64,000 bases of DNA from Eledone cirrhosa (GCA_964016885.1 OZ024743.1:100130001-100194000); one strand, 5' to 3'. Positions 13,677 through 26,305 are shown, counted from the first letter of the stretch. Translations and numbers: made by a program. Notes: generated by a model not told the origin, from the letters alone.

Positions 13677-14563
13677 TTTTCCGTAGTGTTGTAATATGAA
13701 TATTACACACAGTAGATGGACAGCTCACGTAGGGTTTGCTCGACGGTTCCAGTTGTAGTTTCAAAAGTAATCCGGAGAAAATAGAAGGATTTAAATGGAT
13801 ACAGTTCAGTAAAAGGAATTTATTGACACGTGTTTCAATAACAGTTATATTACCTGAAAACAGCTCCTATCTACAAAGTATTAATTATGCAGACACTCAA
13901 TATTTCAATGTTATTTTCAACTATCATTTCATCAGAATAATCTCATTGAGAACTTGTTTGGTTTTTATAGAGAATATTAAGAGGGAGGAGTGAAGTTGTT
14001 AGAAGAATAGTTAAGGGAGTGGATAGAAATTTTTGATAGCAGTGGCTAATTAGATTCCCATCTGTTGTTTTGACATTTTTATAGAATACATTATTTGGCG
14101 TTGGTTATTTTTCTAAATCTATAGAAGGATTAGAGATAGTAAAGATATGCATGGTTGGTTTTGTGTTTGCACTTAATTAACATACAGACTTGAATTTTCC
14201 TTCAAGTGTGTGTATCCGTTCGCCCACACATAGATATATATGTATATATACTTATTTTTTAAAAAAACATACACATTCACACACATACATATATGCACAC
14301 CTCTACAAATACATACACTCACATACACATACTTACATGCTCATACTTACATACATATATACATGTACATATATATATATATATATACATATATATATGT
14401 ACCCACATACGCATTCATGTATATACACTTTCATACTCTACTTATCTTCATATACACACATATAGACACACACATATATACATACATACTCCTGTCTATG
14501 TGTATATATATATATATAAACACACATATACATGAATACACATACATTTAATTATACACATCA

Positions 14564-14628
<65 letters not shown>

Positions 14629-17224
14629 TCACCCACTTATTTACTTATTTACTTATTTATATACATTTTCACATATATACATACATATGGTCGCTTTTAG
14701 ACACATTCATTATAGCATATTCGCACCTATTCTCACCAGCATATTTATCCATTATTAGTGTGATAATTTAAGGTTATTAATAGTACATATATATATTGAG
14801 AAGTGATTGTTTTTCTATTTTTCTAACTAGATTGAGGATTTGTATAATTGGGAGGATGTCCTTCGTTTATGTAATATTCAGCTTGTAGTGGGGAAAAAGG
14901 ATTTTAGTTCGGTGACGGCAGAATAATGTTTGTTCAATTCTGTTATTAAGCAATTTCTTCTTGTGTGTGATTATGTAATAAATCTCAAGATTACATAATT
15001 TGCAGAAATTTTGGCTCCTGGAAAAGCTTTGGGTTTTAGCTAATTTCTCCCATTTTAGGGTAAACTTTTGATCGCTATCCCTGAGTGTCCAAGCTTTTTC
15101 TGCTAGAGTTGTTACATTTCTTTGGCTCTGGTGTTTTATTGAGTAAGAATGCCTATATAATCTAGATTTAAACGATGTTGCCGTTGATCCCACGTAATAC
15201 CACTCGTTGCCTCCGGATTCAATGGTACACTTATCGATGATATTTTTTTCAAGGCAGTTATTGCCGAGGGGGCAATTGTCAGGATAGGTGCAGTTACAGT
15301 TGTGTACGTTGGTTTTGTAGTTAGGTTTACTCTGGAGTAGTATTGCGGACGAACTTAGGTGGGGTTTATTTATGTTCTGTAGTGTATTGTCTACTGTTTT
15401 TTTTGTGTTCTTTGTACTTAAGTTTTTAGTGTTTTCGTTTAACCTTCTAGTATTGATCTTGTTTATGTGTTGTTCAAGGTTTAACGCTGTAGAGTATGAC
15501 AGTCTTATAGTGGTAGAGTTTAGGATTTTGTGGTATTTGTGTGATGTAGGAAAATGTTTCCTAACTATTTTAAAGAAGAGTACTGGTAAATTTGTACTAA
15601 TGGAACTATTGTATTCAGGGTTATACCATAAGTACTCTTTGCATCGCTTTCTATTAGTTTTGTTTGTTGGTTTACTGGTGTGTACACTATGGTAGTAAGT
15701 GTGGTTTGGTGTTGTGTTATTATTTCTACCTATGTGGGATTTATTTTGGGCGTTTTGGTTGTTTTCATCTATATATTCTATTTTGTTGAGGTAGCCTGCT
15801 TTACTAAGGGCGTTATCGTAGTACTCGGCGTGTTCCTTAAATACTTGTATGTTAGAAGATAGACCCGAGATTCTAAGGGAAATATTTTTAGGGATAGATT
15901 TAATTATATAGATGGGGTGGTTAGACCCAACATTTACGTACTTGAGATTTTCTTTCAATTTATGAAACGTTTTAATCAGACCAGAGTTTAAATTGAGTGT
16001 GACATCCAGGAAGTTAACTACTTTAAGGTTGTGTTCATATGTTATAGTTAGTCCTATTTCGAGTAGTAGTTTTCTTATATCTTTGCGTAGTTTTTCTAGT
16101 TTTTGGTTATTTAGGTTTTTAACTAGGAGGAGAGCATCATCGCGGTATATTCCACCGTGGAGATTACTGAATTTTTCCTGGAGCTTAAAGGCGATAAATA
16201 ACCCCACAATATCAGTTATTTCCGCCGAATCGTTAGAGCCCATTGTTATGTCAAAGTTGGAGAGTCTATCTTTACGAACCCAATAACTGTTCTCAAATTT
16301 GACTATAGTTTTCCTAGCTTCTAATATAATCTTAATTTCTTCGTTTGTCAGGTCAGAGTTATCCTTAGCAAACTCAATGGCTCTATTCAGAGTTTCAGAT
16401 GATATCGATGAGTAATATTCATCGATATCAAACTGGATAAACTTAGATTTATTCTTATTGCTAATGCTATTAAACCATCTAATTGCTTCTTGGGTCTTCC
16501 CGCAGAGTTTAATGTTAACCTTAGCCTTAATTTGGGGGATGATTCTATCTAATATATATTTGCTTATTTTACCTATATCTGATTTAGAGGGGCAGATTAG
16601 TCTAATTTTAGGGTCATTATCAAAGTTTACCTTATGGTCCTTAAGATTGAAGGTGGGTACCGCCGGTAAGAGTGGTCCTGTCCTATCTTCGATTCCGAGA
16701 TTTTTCACTATTTCGCATGCCTCATCATTGATATGCTTAAGGGTTACTTCACTCGTTTTTCTATATTTTTTATGTAGTTCTTTTCGAATGAAGTTGTTAT
16801 ATGTAGTGCAGTCCATAGTATACAGGTTAGATGCTTTGTCCGCTTTTACTACAATTCCTTTGGTGTTTTTAAGGTCGTCCAGTAGTTTTTTAATATCTTT
16901 CTGCAGTTTGTTGTTGGTGTTACGTCCTTTGAATGGAAAAGCACTACCTGGATATGTCACTCGAAAACATACCAACCCAAGGTAAAAAGGAATACTTATT
17001 GAGTATGATACAAAAAACAAATGAATTCATTCGACGTGTCAGGTGGAAAACGCTCCACTATGATAGAAGCCGTATGAGCTCACCATCAGAAAGTGGTGTA
17101 AACAACAAATTTGGTTTCAGAACGTGTAAAAACCCACCCACTAACCCACTATTAGATGCATTTGAGCAGGACCTTATGGACTTAATCCTTAAAATTAAAT
17201 TCAAAGGACGTAACACCAACAACA
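13675..17224 (-). mobile_element. Penelope-like element with near-complete ORF and inverted 5' segment, possibly Hydra clade
   Basis: ORF 14867..16933 (-): KADK, LKDHK, FIQFDIDEYY, ITMGSNDSAEI, GIYRDD, NFLDVTLNL, CNCTYPDNCPLGNNC, YYVGST, FCKLC. The N-terminus is on + at 16933-17224. Hammerhead in the 3' pLTR; (TA)n at the 3' flank. Confidence 0.93.
13820..13940 (-). ncRNA. Type I hammerhead ribozyme with extended helix II (pLTR of Penelope element 2)
   Basis: Minus strand: ttatt-CTGATGA-aatgatagtt...aactgttatt-GAAA-C ACGT G-TC-aataa(a). 5-bp helix I, 10-bp basal helix II; the 3' arm of helix I overlaps AATAAA. Confidence 0.82.
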
Positions 17225-17683
17225 TGCAAAATCACCCCTTAGCCTTTGTCAAGGCAGAATTCTAGGAGAAGGAAAATTCTGATATAACACCTGCAACCCT
17301 GATGGTATCCAATGATGTTGACTTGTTCTTCTTTTTGGTAAATATCATCTTGGTTAAGAGAGTGGGACTGGCTTTGTGCAGTGCCTTTGCTCACTATAAA
17401 AGCTTCACGGTACAGGTATTGCTTTATATCTGGAGATCTCTCTGCACTTGTCATCACATGGTACCATGGGCCCAGCACTATGTGTCAATAATTGTCACAA
17501 GTGTAGTGTTTGTGCCAGAGTTTTCAAGTCGCTGGCTGGACTAAAAAGTCACACTCGTTCAGCCCATCGGTAGGGGTTCTCCTACATGGATATAAAGTAG
17601 TGGCCGTACTCGAAAACGAGTTGGCAGCCACCATGTATGTATGTATGTATGTATGTATGTATGTATGTATGTATGTATGTATG

Positions 17684-17765
<82 letters not shown>

Positions 17766-17891
17766 AGCGGAGCAAGCGGTTATCAAACAATTCTCTAAAT
17801 AAATTAAAAAACGTACCATTGAACCACAAATATTATAAACAACTTGCATATTTCTACAAGTACATAGTACCTGTTGAAGTATTCATCCACT

Positions 17892-17975
<84 letters not shown>

Positions 17976-18146
17976 CTCCCGTAAGGTTGAGATAAAATTT
18001 TGGCTGTATTGTGCTGCGCTTTCTAGCAAAAAGCCACCAGCCGTAAGCACCTATTCACATCCTTTCTAACCTGACTGCTGCTACCCATTTTTGAATGTAT
18101 TCTTGGCGTGATCACTGTGGAAAACTTATTGTCTAAATTTGAGCTA

Positions 18147-18224
18147 ACTTCCTGAAGAGTCCGGTGCTCTAGGTGTCCAATGCTATCGGATATCTTAAAA
18201 TGCGGACGAAACCATGGTAGAGGT
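18147..18224 (+). ncRNA. Type I hammerhead ribozyme in a (TA)n-flanked pLTR-like module (~17973-18570)
   Basis: acttc-CTGAAGA-gtccg...cggac-GAAA-CCATGG-TA-gaggt. GC-rich helix II, palindromic ACCATGGT helix III, GUA site. Confidence 0.88.
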
Positions 18225-18568
18225 CACTAAATGTGTTCACTTTTCTCCTAGTTTATTTTACACCTAATTCTGTTTAATTGACTGTATATCTGGGCGATTC
18301 ATACAAGCTGTCGAAATACTCGATAAATATTCCGTTGCAACTGACGCGAAGGGCTGCTTTCGGTTATTTGTCGGAGATTTCTTCATAGAAGCCTTTATTC
18401 CTATAGCTTGGTCTAATCGATTTTTTATATGGTTAATTATGCTAATTGGGAGAGGAAATGGTATATATTTTATCTGGTGATTCTATAGACATGTTTTATG
18501 ATATATAGCTCTGATTATTTAATTTATTAACTCTTCATTGAGCCACAAAGTGACCCGTTGCAAAACAC

Positions 18569-18645
<77 letters not shown>

Positions 18646-18804
18646 CACGATACATTAACGGAGCCATAGACTCTCGCCGTTCCCTGTAAATAATGTGCTC
18701 AAGGGAGAGGAAATCCTGAGCTCTTTAAAATACAATATGTTGAAAAGGTAACACACTAGTGTGTTACCTTTTCAACATATTGTATATATATATATATATA
18801 TATA

Positions 18805-19008
18805 TAGGAAAAAGTATGACCCCGACGGCAGAGCTCAAGCCGGCTATTTCAAGACGGCTATTTCTGAGTCCAGAAATAGCTGTCGACACGGCTTGAGCTC
18901 TGGTGCCGTCGGGGTCATAATTTTCCCTATTTCCCACTCTACTACCCTAAGTATTGAGTACTCTGGTGCGTTGTGGTCCATCTGGTTCCTTACCACAATT
19001 CCTTTGTT
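18805..19008. mobile_element. Fold-back pLTR-like module with half hammerhead; second copy at 21601-21763
   Basis: Both copies share ccactctactaccctaagtattgagtact.tggtgcgtt.tggtc.atctggttccttaccaca, are (TA)n-flanked and have internal inverted repeats. Confidence 0.65.
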
Positions 19009-19085
19009 ATATATATATATATATATATACACTACCGTATATTTTGGTAGATTTATCTACATATATATATATAAATGAAAATATA

Positions 19086-19137
<52 letters not shown>

Positions 19138-19143
<6 letters not shown>

Positions 19144-19898
19144 GAAAAAGTGGAGAATAACATGGTCTACAGTACAGTATTTTTTTTTTTTTTTTGATAT
19201 ATTTTTTATATATCTATATTTATTTTATTTACAGTTATTCATTTATTTGTCCCTCTATTTTTCTTTCTATCCTACGTTATTTCTACTTATGTTTGTCTCT
19301 CCTCTATCAACCATCTTCTATATATCTTCTCTTTATATTTCTATGTGTAATAATTTTTCCTTTTTCGTCTTCTTTCTCTTTTTCTTCTTCTTTCTCTTTT
19401 TCTTTTTCTTTTTCCTTCTTCTTCTTTCTCTTTCCTTTACTTTCTTTCTTTACTGTATCTATCTCCCTTTCTTCCTCCTTTTCTCTCTATATCTTTATTA
19501 TTAATATTATTATTGATGATGTAATTTGAATTTGTAAATTTGCGGGTTACACATTTATGTTTTGATCAGTTTCCGATGATCTGATAGAGCTAACATCGTA
19601 TTTAAAATTGAGTGGCACTGCTTTTAGTGTTCAGCAATTTTTAGACAACTTTATCAGTGAAACAATTGTTAGACTGCAAATAAATCCCCTTTTTTGTACT
19701 GTTGACCATGTTATTCTCCACTTTTTCAATTTTATTACTCCAAGATAAACTTACATAGGAATACAAGTGAAATCATAAACTCGTCATCTACGTAAACCTC
19801 TTGTTCAGTCAAGCATCGCCGTACGCTAAAACTATCCATCCATAATAAGAAGTATTCACAACCTCTAATTGGATTACCTATAACGATATTTTGTTATC

Positions 19899-19900
<2 letters not shown>
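19138..19900 (+). mobile_element. Penelope-type 3' end/pLTR with inverted 5' segment
   Basis: 19138-19176 is the reverse complement of ~19695-19734. Hammerhead + AATAAA inside; (TA)n on both flanks. Confidence 0.7.
19567..19676 (+). ncRNA. Type I hammerhead ribozyme, CCGAUGA core variant, long helix II
   Basis: cagttt-CCGATGA-t ctgatagag...ctttatcag t-GAAA-C AATT G-TT-agactg; AATAAA at 19679. Confidence 0.75.
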
Positions 19901-19943
<43 letters not shown>

Positions 19944-19989
19944 TATATAGAATTCACAGGAATCAAAGTTATGTTCAAACCATTTATTA

Positions 19990-20034
19990 GCTTACAATTG
20001 TTTCATCCAAACCGAGGCTTGAAGTCTTCGGAGC
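19990..20034 (-). ncRNA. Minimal hammerhead ribozyme, CCGAAGA variant (left arm of palindrome)
   Basis: Minus strand: gct-CCGAAGA-c ttcaagcc tc ggtttgga t-GAAA-C AATT G-TA-agc, then AATAAA. Confidence 0.72.
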
Positions 20035-20176
20035 ATTTTTCAATGTTTATATACATACATGACCTCCTTTCCAACGCAAGAGACATACAGATACTGTACA
20101 CCAATATATACATATGTATATGTATGTCTCTTGCGTTGGAAAGGAGGTCATGTATGTATACAAACATTGAAAAAAT

Positions 20177-20221
20177 GTTCCGAAGACTTCAAGCCTCGGT
20201 TTGGATGAAACAATTGTAAGC
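20177..20221 (+). ncRNA. Minimal hammerhead ribozyme, CCGAAGA variant (right arm of palindrome)
   Basis: gtt-CCGAAGA-cttcaagcctcggtttggat-GAAA-CAATTG-TA-agc, then AATAAA. Confidence 0.7.
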
Positions 20222-20519
20222 TAATAAATGGTTTGAACATAACTTTGATTCTTGTGAATTCTATATAACTGCTCTGTAGAACAACTGATGTTATTACATT
20301 GAGCTAAAATGGCGGTGGATTGGCAGTATTGGTAGAGGGTCGGACGCCATGCTTTGACGCATAGAGTTACGGCCCTTGCCATTCTTACTGGTAATAAGGT
20401 AGTAATAAATTACTGTCTTTCACTGTTTAGGGTTTAAAATATATATAACTATAAAAAGTTTTAGTATATACATAACCATAAATAGTATCCTTAATACTAT
20501 ATAAATATATATATATAAA

Positions 20520-21122
20520 GTCAGCAGTGGCGTCCCACAAGGCACTGTGTTGGGCCCACTTCTTTTCATCATCTACATTAATGACATTACTGACATCATC
20601 AAGCACAGCAACATAAGATGATTTCAAGCTCCAAAGGGTCATCAATGCGGTGGGTGACCGGACTTGCCTTCAGTCAGACCTACTGGCTGTTATCCAATGG
20701 GCAGAAAAGAATAATATGGTGTTGAATGAGGAGAAGTTTAAATTAATCTGCTTTGGAAAAAAGGATGCCCTGAAACTACAATACTCTCTTCCTTCGGGTG
20801 AAACTCTAGTGACATCCAATAACATCAGAGACCTGGGAGTAATTGTGGACAACAACATAAGCTGGAACACTCATATAAACAACAAAGTTGATATGGTCCG
20901 CAGAATGTGTTCCTGGATTTTCAGCACTTTCCAGTCGAGAGATATCTACACTGTTATCCTTCTCATCTCCACTTTTGCCCGACCCCACCTTGAATACTGT
21001 TGTCCACTGTGGTATCCCCACACAAAACAAAGTATCATGAAAGTTGAGGCACCCCAAAGGTCAATTACAAAAAAGATAGATGGCATGACAGGCCTTGACT
21101 ATTGGAGTCGATTAGAAAAGGT
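20520..21122 (+). mobile_element. CR1-clade LINE RT fragment (second family)
   Basis: [55 protein letters not shown]. Confidence 0.88.
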
Positions 21123-21299
21123 TGAGTGTGTGTATGTGGGGATACGCACGTGTGTATTTGTGTTTATATGTGATGTGGATGTAGGTGACGTGGTTCGAAA
21201 ATGATGTAAGTGTTTGTTCGTGTGTATGTTCCTAAGGTATTTCCATGGAGTGTGAGACAAGATGTTGGAGATACGACGTGTTGTCTATATATATATATA

Positions 21300-21578
21300 T
21301 GTGGGTGATGTGTTGTTTCCTTGAGCAAGACACTTTATTTCACATTGCTCCAGTTTACTCAGCTGTAGAAATGATAGGGACTGGGGTCCCTATCATTCCA
21401 CTGCAAAGTGGTCGTGGAGGTGCCACGGCAAAAAATCACCCAGCCCACACTGTAAATGAGGTTGGTGTTAGGAAGGGCATCCAGCTGTAGTAATCAAGCC
21501 AGAATCAGTTCCCGTCCCACCCTTGCAAGCAGGGAAAAGCTGACGTAAAAATGATGATGATGATGATGATGATGATGA
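21300..21578 (+). mobile_element. CORE-like SINE with RTE-derived 3' tail (5'-truncated)
   Basis: CORE-like ccttgagcaagacactttatttcacattgctccagtttactcagctg. Tail cccacccttgcaagcagggaaaagc.gacgtaaaa(tga)n matches the RTE family-1 3' end. Confidence 0.7.
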
Positions 21579-22302
21579 TATATATATATATATATATATA
21601 TAGGAACAAGTATGACCTTGACGGCAGAGCTCAAGCCGTTTCGACAGCTAATTCTGTCCAGAATCGGGGTTATACTTGTTCCTATTACCCACTCTACTAC
21701 CCTAAGTATTGAGTACTTTGGTGCGTTATGGTCGATCTGGTTCCTTACCACATTTCCTTCGTTATATATATATATATAGAGAGAGAATGGACGGGGAGTA
21801 AGCTGCTCTGAGAATAAAGTTACATTTACTTAGTAGGTCAACAAAAAGAGATCAAAATAAGTAGCAGACTTGAAAAAAAATACTGAGGTCGATATGAACA
21901 ACTAAATTTTTTTTAAGGTGGTGCTGCAGCATGGCCACAGTCTAATGAGTGAAACCAGTAAAAGAACAAAATAGCATTGACATACAGTGATAATTTCAAA
22001 GAAATGATATCAAAACTCCCAACAGTCTTTCATTGTTCTCCAGCACAACTTATTCTATCTCATCTATATTTTGTCACATTTTATTTCTTTATTTTCAGGT
22101 TTATAGGGAAGAGATTTTTTTCCCTTATTTTTATGACCACAGCCTTAATTTTTTTTTTTTTTTTTTTTTTGTGAGGGTTTAATTTTTATGTGGCGAACAA
22201 AAAATGTATGCACTTGTTTGTTGTTTCCTCAGTCAAATGTTGACTGAGGAAGAATTTGAAAATGACTATTATTACTGTGGCAGGGAGTGTCTGTGAAACA
22301 TA

Positions 22303-22716
22303 CTCCACAACCCTGAGGGACTAGCTACCCCACAGCCCTGGGGGACTAGCTACCCCACAGCCCTGGGGGACCAGCTACACCACAGCCCTGGTGGACTAGC
22401 TACACCACGGCCCTGGGGGACTAGCTACCCCACAGCCACAGTGGATTAGCTACACCACGGCCCTGGGGGACTAGCTACCCCACAGCCCTGGAGGACTAGC
22501 TACACCACAGCCCTGGTGGACTAGCTACACCACGGCCCTGGGGTCTAGCTACACCATAGCCCTGGAGGACTAGCTACACCACAGCCCCAGTGGATTAGCT
22601 ACCCCATGGCCCTGGGGGACTAGCTACCCCACAGCCCTGGGGGACTCGCTACACCAGCCCTGGGGGGACTAGCTACACCACAACCCCAGTGGACTAGCTA
22701 CCCCACGGCCCCGGTG
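22303..22716. repeat. 25-bp GC-rich minisatellite (GGACTAGCTACCCCACAGCCCTGGG), ~16 copies
   Basis: Directly visible tandem array. Confidence 0.93.
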
Positions 22717-23194
22717 GGCAGAATAGAGAAGGCATTTCACCAGCAGATGGTGAGGGAGACACACTGGGTGAGCCCCAGCTGACAAGGCTATTGTTACTGT
22801 TATTACTTGTTTCTGAAGTCTGTGCAAAGGTCCTTTTGTTCATCAGATACATTCTGAGTAAAGAAAGAGAGAGAAGTAAAGTAGTATTAACTCTCTTCCT
22901 TCCCTTTCATTCATTATATTTCTTACTTTACCAAAACTACTGTTGGAATCATCAGCCAGACAACTGGATTGGTTCCATTTCTAATTGCTCAGTTTATAGG
23001 CAACAAATTAGCAGAATCATTGAAATGTCTTTATTATTTGTTCCGACTCACTGCACTTTAAGTTCAAATCCCACTGAGGTCAAATTATCTGTTCTGACCT
23101 GGAGAGGGCTCTGCCAGTTCTAAGATACCCAAGATACACCATGTATGAGGGACAGTGCCCCCACCACTCCACCAGGAATTAAGGGCCCTTTACC

Positions 23195-23908
23195 TTTATA
23201 TAGATGCCAGCTTAAAGAATGCCACAGTACTAAAGTACACAGATGACATCAAGCTGTACCTTGAGATAAAAAGGACAGATCCTGAACACTATAGATCTTG
23301 CTTGCAGTCTGACCTGGACACAATGCAACAATGGATCTCAGACTGGCAACTCAAGCTAGCTGTGGACAAGTGCACCACCATGCATTTTGGGAGTAAAAAC
23401 CCAGCGTCCACATACTCCCTCCACAGCACTAATATCAAGAAGTCTTCTTGTGAACGTGACCTGGGCATTACGGTCAGCAGCGATTTGATTTGGTCGAAGC
23501 ACATCTCTAAAACTGTCAAGAAGGCCGAGGGTGTCTTAGCATCACTCAGCAAGACCTTTGTCAGCCGCTCTCCAGCTATCTATTTAAGGCTGTACATGGC
23601 TATGGTGCAGCCACACTTAGAATTTGCATCACCAGTATGGAACCCCTATTTTGCTCAGAACATTGACCACCTGGAAACTGTTCAGAGACGTGGAACCAAG
23701 CGAATACCCTCCATCAGGCATCTACCATACTCTGAACGCTTTGCTTCCCTGGGTATGGATTCATTGAAGCTCCGACATCTGGCAACTGACTTGGTAAACA
23801 CCCACAAAATTATTAACCATCTTGCCAACAACAACCCTGGGTACCTTTTTGATTTCCATGTGTCTAACACACGTGGGCATGCCCACAAAGTCAGAAAACA
23901 GTTCCCAT

Positions 23909-23953
<45 letters not shown>

Positions 23954-24365
23954 GTACGCAAGCATATGTAGATTATTTTGACACAATTATACTTTAAAAT
24001 ATATACCATACTGGAGCCCGTCATAGACACACACACACACACGTACATACACTTCTGTATATCCGCGTGTGAGTACGTAAGTGTGTATGCGAGTGTGTCT
24101 ACGTGTGTGTGTCTCTGTGTGTGTGTGTGTGTGTATGTATGATAAGACATTTTTTCACGCTCAGATTTGCTGAAGCATGGAACAAACTACCTGCATCAGT
24201 TGTTAGCTGTCGAGACACTGCATCTTTTAAAACCTCTATGCTTCCCGAGATTCGCCAACACTACACCTAATATTCCCCCTCCATACACATGTACTATACA
24301 TGCACCTTTGACGAGTTGTAGTGCACCTGAGCACTTTACACAATATTTTCATTATTATTATTATA
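23195..24365 (+). mobile_element. CR1-clade LINE 3' fragment interrupted by a (CA)n/(TG)n insert at 23911-24146
   Basis: ORF 23155..23910: KYTDDIKLY, LQSDLD.MQQW, ERDLGI. Homology to the 1744-2623 copy resumes at 24147 and ends in an ATT tail. Confidence 0.9.
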
Positions 24366-24778
24366 TGTATCCCAATTTCTAGAATAGGAACACTGTATCA
24401 CTGTGTGTCATAACAAGAGGCTTCGTGCTCATTATGGGATCCCTTTTAAGGGAGTGTTTTATAGTTGGATACCTTTCTTGATGCTAACCCCCTTTAGTCA
24501 CCTCTTATGACATGCAGGGATATGGTGTAACTATCTAAAACTTGATAGAAATGATTAAAAGGGTTGGTGTCGCAAAGAGGATCTGACCACAAGACACTGC
24601 CTCAAAAAGCTATCAATCCCATACCAGCAGGGAAGAATGGGTGTAAAAATCAACAAAATGATTAAGCTAAGACATATATGTTCCAATCATAGCATATCTT
24701 ATTTCATAAATGCATCTTTTCCTCCATTTTGCCTTTAAAAATGCTGTACATTGAAACTTTACTACCTTAACGACTACA

Positions 24779-24784
<6 letters not shown>

Positions 24785-24850
<66 letters not shown>

Positions 24851-24880
24851 CCTCTCCATCTCTCTCTCCCTCTCTCTCTC
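24785..24880. repeat. (CT)n microsatellite
   Basis: Directly visible. Confidence 0.95.
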
Positions 24881-25045
24881 ATAAACCTTCTTCAAGCAGT
24901 TCCCCCACTCTTTCTCAATATCACTATTATCTTTACACTTTTACATGTGCCACCACTATCGTCCCATTTTACTCTAAAAAACATGGACACACAGGTGGTG
25001 GTTTTTACTTGGGAAATGAATAAGCTAAGCTAAGACATATATTCT

Positions 25046-26305
25046 AATAATAATAATAATGAAAATATTGTGTACAGTGCTCAGGTGCACTACAACTCAT
25101 CAAAAATGTATGTATAGTACATAGGGTAATGTACAAACGTCAGGAAAATGAACAGTGCATGAGTCATGATATATACATGTGTGCATGTGTATGGAAGGGG
25201 TACATCAGGTGTAGTTTTGGCGAATTTCGGGAAGCATGAGGGTTTTAAAGGATGCAGTGTCTCGGCAGCTAACAACTGATGCAGGTAGTTTGTTCCATGC
25301 TTCAGCAACTCTAAGCATGAAAAAATGTTTCCGAAAGTCATGGGAGCTGTGCTGTTTTCTGATTTTGTAGGCATGTCCACGTGTGTTAGACACATGGAGA
25401 TCAAAAAGGTGCTCAGGGTTGTTGTTGGCGAGATGGTTAACAATGTTGTGGGTGTTTACCAAGTCAGTTGCCAGGTGTCGGAGCTTCAATGTATCCGAGC
25501 AGCTAACAAAGGTCTTGCTGAGTGATGCCAAGACACCCTCGGGCCTTCTTGACAATCTTAGAGACATGCTTTGTCCAACGCAAATCGCTGCTGACAGTAA
25601 TGCCCAGGTCACGTTCACAAGAGGACTTCTTGATATCAGTGTTGTAGAGGGAGTATGTGGACGCTGGGTTTTTACTCCGAAAATGCATGGTGGTACACTT
25701 GTCCACAGCCAGCTTCAGTTGCCAGTCTGTGATCCATTGCTGCATTGTGTCCAGGTCTGATTATAGGAAAGAGTTGTAGATTTCAGGATCAGTCCTTTTT
25801 ATTTCAAGGTACAGCTTGATGTCATCTGCATATTTCAGTACCGTGGCATTCTTTAAGTTGGCATCTATGTCATTAATATATGCCACAAACAAAAGGGGAC
25901 CAAGAACAGATCCCTGTGGTACACCAGATGACATCTCATATGGTGAAGAATGCTGTCCTAGAACCGTGACTACCTCTTTTCAGCTGAGAATGAAAAATTT
26001 CAACCAGTTAAAAACATCATCCTTCACACCCATTGCAGAGAGTTTTGCTATAAGTCTTTTGTGTGGCACAGAATTAAAAGCCTTAGCGAAGTCAACGTAA
26101 ACAACATCCACCCATGAGCCGCTGTCAGTGATCCGGGTAATGTCTTCAAGGAACTCGATAAGCTGATCACAGCAGCTGGATTTAGGGATAAATCCAAATT
26201 GCGAGGGCCGGATGAGGCTGAGAGAGCTCCAGAAGTTCCAAAGTGTTTCTCTGACACAGGATTCCATCAGTTTGGCAATACAGCTGGTAAGACTGACTGG
26301 ACGAT
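25046..26305 (-). mobile_element. CR1-clade LINE RT fragment with internal deletion near 25500
   Basis: YRPVSLTSCIAKLMES, SQFGF, DVVYVDFAKAFNSVPH, SGVPQGSVLGPLLF, YADDIKLY. Same family as 1744-2623. Confidence 0.92.

Noticed and set aside
14190-14771. Tyr/Ile/His/Thr-rich ORFs
   Set aside because: CA/TA simple repeats in the Penelope 3' region.
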